Assembly (NCBI GenBank): GCA_964519305.1
Contig: CAZFHY010000006.1
Coordinates: 86,099 to 150,098 of the forward strand
Length of the DNA stretch: 64,000 bases
Direction of reading: 5' to 3'
From: Candidatus Undinarchaeota archaeon
Lineage (GTDB): Archaea; SpSt-1190; JASMDC01
In this document: one piece after another, positions 1 to 9,178 of the stretch
How positions within the stretch are numbered: position 1 is the first letter of the stretch
Layout: every line of letters begins with the position of its first letter
The notes under the pieces: model-generated
What the model was told of the DNA's origin: nothing
Databases searched by the model: none
What the model saw: only the letters and a program-made list of their open reading frames with translations
Translations under genes and position numbers: made by a program

Positions 1-2058
1 GGCGTTCCTTTCCCGTGCGGGAAGGATCTGCATCACCCTTTCGATGACTCCTGCCGGTACGCCGGATGCCCTCTTCGTGGGGCAGGGCTCCTGCAGGTCA
101 TTGAGCCCGTTGTCGGACAGCTCGCCCACCCCGATGGCGACGATGGTGATCCCCGCCGCTTTACCGGGGTAGCATGGCCTCTTGATCACTTCGATCCCTG
201 CCATCGACATCTTCTTCAACAGGCTGCCGACTCCCCCCTGGTCAGCAACGAAACCTTTCGCCGCGTCCGTGAACTGTTCTCTGAACGAGGGGTCCAGTAA
301 CTGCTTCCTGAAATCCGGATCGTTCATCCGCTCCCGGAATTCCGGGATACGCCTGAGCACGCGCCCCTCCTCGGAGCGCTCGACGAATCTCTCCACGTTC
401 CGGAGCAGTGCCTTGGCAGCGGCCGACTCCCTGAACGCACTATCATCGCTCCCGCTCTCTGCGGCCTCCCTGGCCGATGTGAGCCGCCCCTTGGCCTTTT
501 CCAGGATACGTCCCGCCGCCTTACTGGTGAGGTTCAGCGCCTCGACCTTGGAAACGAGGGCGGCCAGACGCGTCTCGACGTCACTCATGTCCTTCTGGGC
601 CCTCTTCACCATGGTCTTTCGACCACGCAGTTCACCCGCGAAGCCATCCCTCCGGTCGTCGAAGGTCAGCTTGATGGCGTCGTATTCCTGTGCCCTGGCC
701 TGTGAGATCGCCCGCATGGCCTTGCGCAATGCCTCTTCGGTACCATCTACGTCGTCGAAGTCCTGAGTGGATCCCAGGATGTCCTCGATGATCGGGTTCT
801 CCTCAGGCTCTACTGTCGCAGACCCCTCCAGTTCCGATAGTTCTTCATCGGTCTTGTCGTCGTTCTCTTCTTTCAGTTTCAGCGAATCACGGGCCTCGGC
901 GAGCGCTTTCTCGCGCATCTTACGGGCCTTGTCCTGAGCTTCCTTCGCCCGTTCAAGGAGCTTCGTCAGACGCTCCTTGATCTTGGTCATCTGCTTCTTG
1001 CGCAGTTCCTTGGCAGCCTCCCGCTTGGCTTTCCAGACCTCCTTCTCCTTCTCGATACGTTCCCTGACCAGGGCGTGGATAGCCTTACCCGGTCGCACGG
1101 TCTCGATACCGATGTCCTTCAGTGCAGCAGCGACCTTGTCGGCGAGGTCGGGCCTCCCGACGACCTTTATCTTCGATGGTTCGAGCGACTTTACCTTCTC
1201 GATGAGCGATGAGATATCCTCCTCCGAGCGGATGACGATCGAAGTGACGTGCTCCCCTGCGTCCTGATTTGCCGTCCCCTGAAGCGCGTCAGTGAAGTCC
1301 TTGATGGCCACGATTATTAATGGTCTGTCCGTGGCGCCCTCGGCCTTCGCTTTCTCGATGACCTTCTCAGCGACCGCTTCAGCCACCTCTTCGGGCGTTC
1401 CACCACCAACGACCTCCTCGGTGACGTTTAGGGCGGTGAGCTCCTCGCGCAGCGTCTCGTTGATATCGGAGCCTACGAGCTTCACCTTCTCGATACCAAG
1501 CTCCCCGATGACGTCCGAGATGTCGGACGGTACGGCATCCAGTGGGACGATTAGAACAGGTAGCTTGAACGCGGTGGCCAGATCCTTGGCGGCCCCCACC
1601 TCGTCCATGTTACCGTCATTAGGTGCCTCGATGTTGTCCGTCACGAGCACGGCTTCCGTGATTCCCTCGAGCCAGAAGTACCGGGCCACTTCGGCACTTG
1701 TCCCGTACCGGGTCATGCCCCAGAGCCGGACGACGGTCTTCCCCTGACCGGTCAGACCCTCCTCGATGTCATCGCTGACCACGGCGGGACCTCCAATGAT
1801 GTAGACCGTCTCGGGTTTCAGATCGTCAATGGTCGCAACGGTCTCTTCTGGTAGCGTGTCCTTCTCCGTGAGGAGCAGGGGGATTCCCTGCTTCAGCGCC
1901 GCGGCCCGGGCGACCATGGCATCGGGATAGTTTACTGTAGTGGCAAGCAGCACTGCGTCGACACTTGCAGTCATATCACCGCTATCGATGTCTTCCTGGG
2001 CCAATGCCGTGCTTAGCACGAGCATAAGTACGAGTAATCGAGAAATCCACTTCATCAT
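1..2058 (-). CDS. secreted surface protein, partial (C-terminus lies beyond window start); signal peptide, CWB2-like cell-wall-binding repeat modules, long coiled-coil tail
   Basis: Manual reverse-strand translation from ATG at 2056-2058 (MMKWISRLLVLMLVLSTALAQ...) appears to run without stops to position 1; segments such as RLWGMTRYGTSAEVARYFW...PVLIVPLD resemble CWB2 repeats; plus-strand ORFs 182-1747 are Ser-rich shadows; absent from ORF track because edge-truncated. Confidence 0.5.
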   Translation of the reverse strand, partial: MMKWISRLLVLMLVLSTALAQEDIDSGDMTASVDAVLLATTVNYPDAMVARAAALKQGIPLLLTEKDTLPEETVATIDDLKPETVYIIGGPAVVSDDIEEGLTGQGKTVVRLWGMTRYGTSAEVARYFWLEGITEAVLVTDNIEAPNDGNMDEVGAAKDLATAFKLPVLIVPLDAVPSDISDVIGELGIEKVKLVGSDINETLREELTALNVTEEVVGGGTPEEVAEAVAEKVIEKAKAEGATDRPLIIVAIKDFTDALQGTANQDAGEHVTSIVIRSEEDISSLIEKVKSLEPSKIKVVGRPDLADKVAAALKDIGIETVRPGKAIHALVRERIEKEKEVWKAKREAAKELRKKQMTKIKERLTKLLERAKEAQDKARKMREKALAEARDSLKLKEENDDKTDEELSELEGSATVEPEENPIIEDILGSTQDFDDVDGTEEALRKAMRAISQARAQEYDAIKLTFDDRRDGFAGELRGRKTMVKRAQKDMSDVETRLAALVSKVEALNLTSKAAGRILEKAKGRLTSAREAAESGSDDSAFRESAAAKALLRNVERFVERSEEGRVLRRIPEFRERMNDPDFRKQLLDPSFREQFTDAAKGFVADQGGVGSLLKKMSMAGIEVIKRPCYPGKAAGITIVAIGVGELSDNGLNDLQEPCPTKRASGVPAGVIERVMQILPARERNA

Positions 2059-2142
2059 GACGTCCCCTCTCCTCCTTCTAATTTGTATCAGGGACGGATT
2101 AAATAGTTACCGGGGATCGAGGTGATCGTAGCCAGTTCCGAC

Positions 2143-3711
2143 TTATCGTCCGGTCAGTTCGTAGCGTGCGGGATCGAGCGTGCCGGGAGGCACAAGGACG
2201 ACATAGGAGCCCCAGTCCCAGGTGTCAAGGATGGTCACCTCGAAGAGGTCCTCATCGATGGGATCCTTGTCCTGATGGTTCTCGAACACCGACAGCCAGT
2301 CCGTGCTCTTGTCGCGAACAAGGAGCGCGATATGATCGCCCCCACGAGCGAGAACGTACCCGCCGTTCACCCGTGTATCATCGTGGAGCAGGTCGATGAC
2401 CGTGCTGTCCTTCCTCGTCCGGTCGTGGATCTCGATTGTCGTCTCGCCAGCATCGGTGACCGTCGTCGTGGAAGGACGGAAGTCGAGCAGGAAGAGGTCG
2501 ATGGGCAGGTCGTAGTATGTATGCTGGCCCTGCGCCACCTGGATGGCATACCCGTGCTCGTTCTTCTTGTTCCAGTGAGGGTGCTGCGAGTCCGGGGCGA
2601 CGAAGATTACCTGCCATCCCTGCTGTACCAGCTCCCGGGCTATGCCGATACCGCGCTTCCCTGTCCGTGTGTAAGCGCTGAAGAGCTGCTGGTACCGGGA
2701 GCCCAGCCCTGCCTCGTTGTGCGCCTCCTTCAGAACGTCCAGCACGATGCCGATGCACGAGCTCTCACGCGGTATCCGGTCCACGTCACTCGCCGTGGAA
2801 GATGTGGCGAGGGAGAGGGCCTCGGCCGCGTCCTTCCCTTCCATCCTAAGCTTGTAGTACCGGTACACGCCATCCGTGGTCGGCAGCCGTGGCACCGCCT
2901 GCTCGACCTCTTGAGCTATCCGCTGCTCGAACTGTTCCATGACACGATCCCGGGACTTCGGTTGTAGGACGAGCTGCCCGTAGAGGTCGAAGTTCAGCGT
3001 GCTGAGGTCACCCTGTTTGAGCAGGGCATAGAGGAGGGCCTTGGGATGGCTCCCGCCGAACCTGGTGGTGAGGAGCTCGGCATACTCCGAGTCGTCGCCG
3101 TAGTGGGTGCTGACGCCGAACCCGTGCTGCTCGTCGAGAGCTAGCTTGTGCTCGGAATGGGTCCGCAGCGCCTTCCGGGAGATGAGCTTGCCCATCGATA
3201 TGTCAGCAGTCGTGTCCACTGGGGCCGTACCTGCCGGAGCGGAGCCCAGCAGGCACCGTCCGTTCGCGATATACGTGCGTTCCTCGACACGCTGGAACCC
3301 GCGGTCGGCGACCGAGTAGCACTCGCCGGTCTCGAACCGATTGGTTGGACTGCTGACCAGGCAGCACGCGCACGCGAGCCGCAGACCATCGCTCCCTATG
3401 ATGTCGCAATCCAGCCAGTTGTCGAGCCGGCCGTAGAGCTGTGGATAGTGCTTCGTTTTGTCGCCCTGTACCGAGGTCCCGACCACCTTGCCCTCGAAAC
3501 ATGTCGTTTCCTGGCCGCTGACCGATAGGAGGTCGGAGCAGATGATGCACGCGTCCTCCACCATCTCCGAGCCGCCGCCATCAGCGTCCATGCTCTTGAG
3601 GCCCGTGCATGTTTCTGCACCACGATTTCCGTTGCATCCGGCAAGGAGCACCAGCGCGACAAGGAGGAGCGCGATGGCCGTTCCGCCACGCTCCGATCCA
3701 CCGAATACCAT
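2143..3711 (-). CDS. secreted lipoprotein-like protein of unknown function
   Basis: ORF track 522 aa; N-terminal hydrophobic signal followed by LLAGCNGN lipobox-like motif; opposite-strand ORF 2122-2967 is Arg/Val-rich shadow. Confidence 0.5.
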   Translation of the reverse strand: MVFGGSERGGTAIALLLVALVLLAGCNGNRGAETCTGLKSMDADGGGSEMVEDACIICSDLLSVSGQETTCFEGKVVGTSVQGDKTKHYPQLYGRLDNWLDCDIIGSDGLRLACACCLVSSPTNRFETGECYSVADRGFQRVEERTYIANGRCLLGSAPAGTAPVDTTADISMGKLISRKALRTHSEHKLALDEQHGFGVSTHYGDDSEYAELLTTRFGGSHPKALLYALLKQGDLSTLNFDLYGQLVLQPKSRDRVMEQFEQRIAQEVEQAVPRLPTTDGVYRYYKLRMEGKDAAEALSLATSSTASDVDRIPRESSCIGIVLDVLKEAHNEAGLGSRYQQLFSAYTRTGKRGIGIARELVQQGWQVIFVAPDSQHPHWNKKNEHGYAIQVAQGQHTYYDLPIDLFLLDFRPSTTTVTDAGETTIEIHDRTRKDSTVIDLLHDDTRVNGGYVLARGGDHIALLVRDKSTDWLSVFENHQDKDPIDEDLFEVTILDTWDWGSYVVLVPPGTLDPARYELTGR

Positions 3712-3770
3712 CGTGGTCTCTCTTCGCCCCCTGGTTTGTTATTAAGCGTTTCGGACGGTCGGCGGTTCAA

Positions 3771-4793
3771 TCACCGCTCATAGCTCACTGCACCGAGAGT
3801 GATGAGCTTGTTGAGCACCATGTCCACGGCAGCGTTCCCAAGCTGTTCGCGAACTGCCGCTTCGACCTCTACCATGTCACGAGTGCCGTCGCACAATTCC
3901 ACGACGGTCAGTCTCTCCTCGTCCTCTGTGATCTCTGTACCAAGGGGGAACCGAGCTTTGGGAAGTGCCCAGGCCTTCCGCGCCACATCGACCTTCATAG
4001 CCGGACCTTTGCTTGGATTTCCCTCGACAGTGATCAGGGTGCCCCGGTTCATCCCGTGGCGTTCGTCCTGTACGGCGATGACACCGCATGCGAGCGTGTA
4101 GGCAGTGGTCCCTCTCGGAGGGTCCACCTTGGCGTCCCGCTTCAGATGGTCGGTGATCCTGAACCGTGCGTCACGGTCTAGGACCACGCGGCCGCCCTCT
4201 ACCTTGGCGGTGAGGGTGGCGATGGGTGCTCGGGCGCAGGCCTTGACGAGACTGGGCCAGCCCTTGGAGTCCAGTGGGAGCACACCCTTTCCGGTATCAA
4301 GGAAAGCACCGTCCCTGCCCTTTATCTGGCCGGATACCGTACCATCGGGCGCAGGAGTGCATGCGGCCGCGAGCTCCAGCAGGCGCCGACCACCGCCCTT
4401 GGCGCGCTTCCATACACCTTCGAAGAACCGTGATGCAATCCGTCCCTTACCCGAGACCACGGCTCCCGCACCGTTCAGTCCCGCAAAAGGATTGGCACCG
4501 ACGTAGGCCCGCTCACCGTCCGCGATCACCAGGCATCCGTCAAGCCCTTCAGCGAACCGGCTGCGGGCTCCGAGGAACCGTCCCTTGAACCGTCGGAGGG
4601 CCAGTGGGTCCAGTTGTCCTTCGGCCAGGTTGGCCACAACCCGGAGGCGTACCGCCGATCGCTCGAACCTCACTCGCGGCTCTTCAAGGAAGATCGGAGC
4701 GATGATATCCAAGGAGCGTCGGGCACCGGCCATGAGCCGGACCACCTCGCGCGGGAGGGTGTGACGTCCGTCCTCGAGCACCAGGTGGACCAT
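3771..4793 (-). CDS. hypothetical protein (downstream partner of carbamoyltransferase)
   Basis: ORF track maximal extension 3771-4859 overlaps upstream gene; internal Met (MVHLVLEDGR...) at 4793 is proposed as start; no recognisable motif. Confidence 0.4.
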   Translation of the reverse strand: MVHLVLEDGRHTLPREVVRLMAGARRSLDIIAPIFLEEPRVRFERSAVRLRVVANLAEGQLDPLALRRFKGRFLGARSRFAEGLDGCLVIADGERAYVGANPFAGLNGAGAVVSGKGRIASRFFEGVWKRAKGGGRRLLELAAACTPAPDGTVSGQIKGRDGAFLDTGKGVLPLDSKGWPSLVKACARAPIATLTAKVEGGRVVLDRDARFRITDHLKRDAKVDPPRGTTAYTLACGVIAVQDERHGMNRGTLITVEGNPSKGPAMKVDVARKAWALPKARFPLGTEITEDEERLTVVELCDGTRDMVEVEAAVREQLGNAAVDMVLNKLITLGAVSYER

Positions 4794-4836
4794 GGCGTGG
4801 TGAGGGAGCCCAAGACATATAGGTATGACGGTGGCG

Positions 4837-6534
4837 TCAGGCCTGCTCGACGAGCACATCGCCCAGGGCCATGAGGGGGACGCCCGTCTCCACGAACGTC
4901 TTCAGCGCGTCCTCGGGAGTGCACACAATGGGCTGGCCATGGACGTTGAAGGAAGTGTTGAGCACGATGCCGTCACCGGTCTCTTTCCGCACGCCCTCGA
5001 TGACACGTCGATAGGCAGGGTTCTCCTCGCCAAGGATCTGGGGGCGGGAGGAGCCGTCCACGTTGATGACGGCACGGAGCTGGTCTCTTAGACCGTCCTG
5101 GATCAGATATCCCATGGTCATGAACCTGTCCGGTGCGTCCACGTCCTTGAAGAACCGCTTGCTGTCCTCTTCAAGTACCGAGGGGCAGAAGGGCTGGAAC
5201 CACACCCGCTTCTTCACCTTCATGTTCAGGTCGTGCTTGGCCGTGGGCGAGTCTGCACGGGCCAGGATGCTGCGGTTCCCCAGCGCCCGCGGACCCAGTT
5301 CCATCCGGCCGTTGTACCAGAACACGATGTCGTTGGCGGCGATGCGCTCTGCGGCTGTGCCGGCAGCATCTTCGGACCGCTCCCACCTTACCTTCCCCTT
5401 GAACGCCTTGAGAGCAGTGAGCACCTCGTCCTCGCCGTACTCAGGGCCGAGGAATATATGGGGGATGCGCTCCGGGTGGACCACGTCCACCTCCTTGGCC
5501 ACTTTGAGGGCGGCTCCGATGGCCAGGCCCCCGTCTCCCATGTGCGGGAACACGAACCATTCCTTGACATCAGGGAGCAGGCGGATGTGCATGTTCATCT
5601 TGATGTTGGAAGCGATGCCTCCGTTCCATGCCACCGAGGACATCCCTGTCTCCTTCACGGCGTTGGCGAACAGCTGGCTCGTGAAGTGCTCGAACGCCCG
5701 CTGGGCCATGTGAGCGAACTGTTCGCGGGGATTGCGCCATAGCGTCCGCTGGAGCAGCTTGTATCGAGCGCCGGGGGAGAGCCGTGCCCGGACCCGCATA
5801 CCGTCCACCTCGTAGAGGTCGAAGAAGGGGTTCTTCTCATCGGGCACCTCGTAGGAGAAGTCCGCGAGCGACATGACCTTCCCCTCGTCCTCGAGGACGC
5901 GCATACCGATTAGGTGGGTGACCTCCTGGTAGAACAGACCCAGTGAGTCGCGGGTAGCCATGGTCTCCAGGTTCCTGACATCGCCGTCCTCAGCGATCCC
6001 CACGGTCGTGGACACACCATCGCCCAGGGCGTCCATTGTGACCACCAGGCTCTTGCGGAATCCCGAACAGAGGGCCGCAGCGGCAGCATGGGCCTCGTGA
6101 TGGTCGACGATGTGGAGGATGTAATCATGGTCGAACCCTGCCCGCGCCAATTGCGTGTGCAGAGCGCGTTTCGACAGAGCATGGAACAACCTGTTCGACC
6201 GGAGCTTTCCGGTAGAGTTCTGGATGAGCCGGTTGATCTCGACGTTCCATGGCGGGTCCACCTTGTGGCGACGGACCGGATAGTAGTCCTCCTTCACCTT
6301 GGGCCACACGCGGCCCAGGGTGACCGAGAAGTCGGATGTGCACCCTGCCACGACCTCGATGTCCGCCGGTTTGAGGTCGGCGGCCCCGAGACACCAGGAC
6401 AGGGCCTTGTGGGGGAAGTGGACCTCGAGCTTACGACGTGTGAACCGCTCCTCGTTCGCAGCGGTGATCACTCGTCCGTCGCGGACCACGCAGGCGCCGG
6501 CGTCATGGCCGTCCCACACGCCCAGTATGTCCAT
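4837..6534 (-). CDS. carbamoyltransferase, NodU/CmcH family
   Basis: 565 aa; N-terminal MDILGVWDGHDAGACVV..., internal HHEAHAAAA and C-terminal WNGGIASN...GDGGLAIGAA motifs typical of the NodU/CmcH (HypF/Kae1-like fold) carbamoyltransferases. Confidence 0.75.
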   Translation of the reverse strand: MDILGVWDGHDAGACVVRDGRVITAANEERFTRRKLEVHFPHKALSWCLGAADLKPADIEVVAGCTSDFSVTLGRVWPKVKEDYYPVRRHKVDPPWNVEINRLIQNSTGKLRSNRLFHALSKRALHTQLARAGFDHDYILHIVDHHEAHAAAAALCSGFRKSLVVTMDALGDGVSTTVGIAEDGDVRNLETMATRDSLGLFYQEVTHLIGMRVLEDEGKVMSLADFSYEVPDEKNPFFDLYEVDGMRVRARLSPGARYKLLQRTLWRNPREQFAHMAQRAFEHFTSQLFANAVKETGMSSVAWNGGIASNIKMNMHIRLLPDVKEWFVFPHMGDGGLAIGAALKVAKEVDVVHPERIPHIFLGPEYGEDEVLTALKAFKGKVRWERSEDAAGTAAERIAANDIVFWYNGRMELGPRALGNRSILARADSPTAKHDLNMKVKKRVWFQPFCPSVLEEDSKRFFKDVDAPDRFMTMGYLIQDGLRDQLRAVINVDGSSRPQILGEENPAYRRVIEGVRKETGDGIVLNTSFNVHGQPIVCTPEDALKTFVETGVPLMALGDVLVEQA

Positions 6535-6553
6535 GGCGCGAGTGTTCAGGGCA

Positions 6554-6568
6554 AGTTTATATAACCAT
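6554..6568. promoter_or_regulatory. TATA-box-like element (tttatataa) in divergent intergenic region
   Basis: AT-rich palindromic TATA-like motif about 25-30 nt from the start of the minus-strand carbamoyltransferase gene and upstream of the plus-strand flippase-like gene. Confidence 0.4.
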
Positions 6569-6612
6569 TATCGTGGGAGCCTCTTCAGGTGTGATGACTG
6601 AACAGAAAGCTC

Positions 6613-7647
6613 GTGTTCACTGTCGTACTGGGACTGGCCGTTGCCATAGCCATGTTCTGGACTGAGGACCCGACGGAACTGTCGCGTGTGTGGTCGACGG
6701 CCCGTAACGACTACCTGCTGGCCGGCGTGCTCCTCGTCATCATCACCCTCTTCATCAACACGGTCCGCTGGTATACGCTACTCCATCAGCTCGGCTATGA
6801 TGCAGGGTTCATCGACGTGTTCTGTCAAGTGAGCGGCCCCTTCGTGGTCTCCTCCCTCACTCCCGGCCGTGCCGGCGAGGTGTTCAAGCTCTATGCCGCA
6901 AAGCGCATCAGCTGCATCGATGTATCCCACTCCAGTGCTGCGCTCCTTATCGAGCGCGCGTGCGATCTGTCCGTGATGACCTCCTTCATCCTCTTGGGGC
7001 TTGTGACCGGCCTCGAACCGCAGTTGGGCGCCTATGCCTCCGCTGCGTACGCCACAGTGGCGTTCACCATGACGGTCATCGCGGTGATAGTGCTCTCGGT
7101 GCGCCACCCGGGCGTGCTGGCGATGGTGGTCCGTGTGCTCGAACTGGGGGGCCGTGTCGGACTGCCCGGGTGCGGACGTGGCGCCAAGAAGATCGATGAG
7201 TGCGCTCCCGCCTTCCACTCGGTCGCAGGACGGATCAACCTGCCTCTTATACTCGGCATCACGGCGTGCGTGTGGGTGCTCGACGTTGCGCGTATGTGGG
7301 TGCTGTTCAAGGCACTGGGCGTCAACGTTCCGCTGGTGCCCATAGGGTTCGTGTACTGTCTTTCCCTCCTGTTGGGCATAGTGTCCTATGTCCCTGGTGG
7401 ACTGGGGGTCACCGAGGGTTCAATGGTCGTGCTGTTCGGGCTGTTCGCCGTACCCGGGACCCAGGCAAAGATCGCCGTTCTCATCGAGAGGGTGTTCTCG
7501 TTCTGGCTGGCCCTCTTCATCGGGAGCATGGCCCTCTCCTACAAGGCCGACGTGCTGCTGTTCGACCTGTCCTCGGGAGATATGCCGGACCTGACCGACG
7601 CGGAAGCCGCCACATGCCCCGCGGACGAGGACGATGAAACTAAGTAA
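6613..7647 (+). CDS. flippase-like / lysylphosphatidylglycerol-synthase-TM-domain family membrane protein
   Basis: 344 aa multi-pass membrane protein; conserved LTPGRAGEVF motif; acidic C-terminal tail TCPADEDDETK. Confidence 0.6.
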   Translation: MFTVVLGLAVAIAMFWTEDPTELSRVWSTARNDYLLAGVLLVIITLFINTVRWYTLLHQLGYDAGFIDVFCQVSGPFVVSSLTPGRAGEVFKLYAAKRISCIDVSHSSAALLIERACDLSVMTSFILLGLVTGLEPQLGAYASAAYATVAFTMTVIAVIVLSVRHPGVLAMVVRVLELGGRVGLPGCGRGAKKIDECAPAFHSVAGRINLPLILGITACVWVLDVARMWVLFKALGVNVPLVPIGFVYCLSLLLGIVSYVPGGLGVTEGSMVVLFGLFAVPGTQAKIAVLIERVFSFWLALFIGSMALSYKADVLLFDLSSGDMPDLTDAEAATCPADEDDETK

Positions 7648-7681
7648 CTTCTTATAGGAGCGTCGTCTGTCATTCGGACAG

Positions 7682-8734
7682 GTGGACCGCCTGAACAAAA
7701 AGCTCCTGCTCACCAGTGCCTTGGGCGCCGCCGTCCTCGCCGTCATGTTATGGTCGGTCGGCCCCGAACGCTTGACGGAGCTCGTGTCCGGGGCGCGACC
7801 GGGCTATATAGTCGCCGCAGCGCTCGCTATAGTGGTCCTCAACGTGATCGCCACGTTCCGCTGGCACCTGCTCATGTCGTCGCTCGGGTACGTGCTGACC
7901 CTCTGGGACACGTATTTCCAGATTAGTGGTGCTTTCCTTCTCTCGACTCTCACCCCGGGCCGTGCCGGCGAAGTGTTCCGGTTATACCTCTCCAAGCGTA
8001 TCAGCGATATCGACGCCTCCCACTCCGGCGCTGCGCTCCTCATCGAGCGCGCATGTGACCTTTCGGTGATGGCCGCTCTCATTCTTCTGGGGCTGGTGAC
8101 CGGTATGGGGGCGCAGTTGGGCGCCTTCGGGGACGCTGCCCGGGTCACCGTGGGTGTGACCTTCCTAATCGTCGCCATGCTCGTGCTCTCGGTGCGCCAC
8201 CGGTGGGCGATGGGCCTGGTGGTCCGGATCCTCTCTTTTGGAGGGCGACGAGGGCTCCCCGGGTGCGCGCGCGGTGCGCAGAAGATCGAGGAGAGCATCC
8301 CCGCGTTCCTATCGGTTGCACGTCGGGTGAGCGTGCCCGCTGTGTTCGGGATGACCTTGCTGATCTGGGCGTCCCAGGTCGCAAGGATGTGGTTCGTATG
8401 TGTCGCAGTAGGAGCCGAAGTGTCACCGATGGTCGTGGGCCTGGCCTACTGTCTCGGTATCCTTCTGGGTGTCGTGTCCTACATTCCTGGTGGGCTCGTG
8501 GTCACCGAGGGCACCATGGTCGGACTGCTCGTCGTGCACGGTGTGCCGACGGACATAGCGACGGTGGCCGTGGTGATCGACCGGCTGTTCGCCTACTGGG
8601 CCGCAGTAGTGGTCGGTGTGATGTCCCTTTCCTACAAGGCGGACGTGCTGTTGTTCGACTTCTCATCCGGCGAGATGCCGGACATGGTCGACGAGGAGAC
8701 GGCGACCTGTCCCCCGGACGATGATGAAGAGTAG
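7682..8734 (+). CDS. flippase-like membrane protein, tandem paralog of 6613-7647
   Basis: 350 aa; co-linear with upstream paralog at protein and nucleotide level (e.g. ...ccgggccgtgccggcgaagtgttc...); acidic tail TCPPDDDEE. Confidence 0.6.
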   Translation: MDRLNKKLLLTSALGAAVLAVMLWSVGPERLTELVSGARPGYIVAAALAIVVLNVIATFRWHLLMSSLGYVLTLWDTYFQISGAFLLSTLTPGRAGEVFRLYLSKRISDIDASHSGAALLIERACDLSVMAALILLGLVTGMGAQLGAFGDAARVTVGVTFLIVAMLVLSVRHRWAMGLVVRILSFGGRRGLPGCARGAQKIEESIPAFLSVARRVSVPAVFGMTLLIWASQVARMWFVCVAVGAEVSPMVVGLAYCLGILLGVVSYIPGGLVVTEGTMVGLLVVHGVPTDIATVAVVIDRLFAYWAAVVVGVMSLSYKADVLLFDFSSGEMPDMVDEETATCPPDDDEE

Positions 8735-8767
8735 TGGGACGTGTTCTGACACGTGATAAGTACTGTA

Positions 8768-8870
8768 TAGTTATGATGCAGTGTCAACTTCAGTCATAGT
8801 CCACTACATCTCTCAGTGATGGTTGGACGCTCCCGGTTTAGAATACTTGCGCGTAACTGTTTCGCAAAGG
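8768..8870. repeat. left copy of ~90-100 bp imperfect inverted repeat flanking the pilin-like cassette
   Basis: Reverse complement of 11385-11470 aligns with 8776-8865 (shared blocks tgcagtgtcaacttca, agtccac, cagtgatggtt, acttgcg.gtaac); roughly 75-80% identity by hand alignment. Confidence 0.6.
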
Positions 8871-9147
8871 TACCGGGACACAGAGAATTACTGAATTTTT
8901 GTTCAGTAACATGTGGATACCCTCTGTCGCCCTCATGGAAGCGAAAGGGCACAAGCTTCCCTTCAACAGTCAGCTAGCCAGAAGTCACCACATAGTACGA
9001 CCGTTCCAAAAAAGTACAGTAGACGCTGTATCTTCCTGCCATCACGCGAACATTGCGCGGACGTATCCCTGCCCAATCCTCCCACCTCGATATTGTAGGT
9101 GACGTGCCAGCAATGTCGCGTCTTGGGGGGCCCGGCCCGGTATCGAA

Positions 9148-9166
9148 AAGAATATATTATATTCAC
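9148..9166 (+). promoter_or_regulatory. TATA-box-like element (aatatattatatt) upstream of pilin-like gene
   Basis: AT-rich motif about 15-25 nt upstream of ATG 9179 in a 440-bp low-GC intergenic region; consistent with a leaderless transcript. Confidence 0.35.
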
Positions 9167-9178
9167 CCGTTAAGTCCC

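Noticed and set aside
182-1747. Plus-strand ORFs 182-766, 977-1267 and 1292-1747 (Ser/Ala-rich)
   Set aside because: Low-complexity shadow frames antisense to the long minus-strand surface-protein gene; no motifs
2122-2967. Plus-strand 281-aa ORF overlapping the 2143-3711 gene
   Set aside because: Arg/Val/Leu-rich composition typical of high-GC shadow ORFs; the minus-strand frame has signal peptide and ordinary composition
3330-3350. tRNA-like T-loop motif (GGTTCGAGA on minus strand)
   Set aside because: Lies inside a CDS and lacks flanking acceptor, D and anticodon stems; no tRNA gene could be supported anywhere in the window by eye
8738-8756. Short hairpin acgtgt-tctg-acacgt after the flippase gene stop as intrinsic terminator
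   Set aside because: Short stem without a following T-tract; archaeal termination generally relies on oligo-T, so left unannotated
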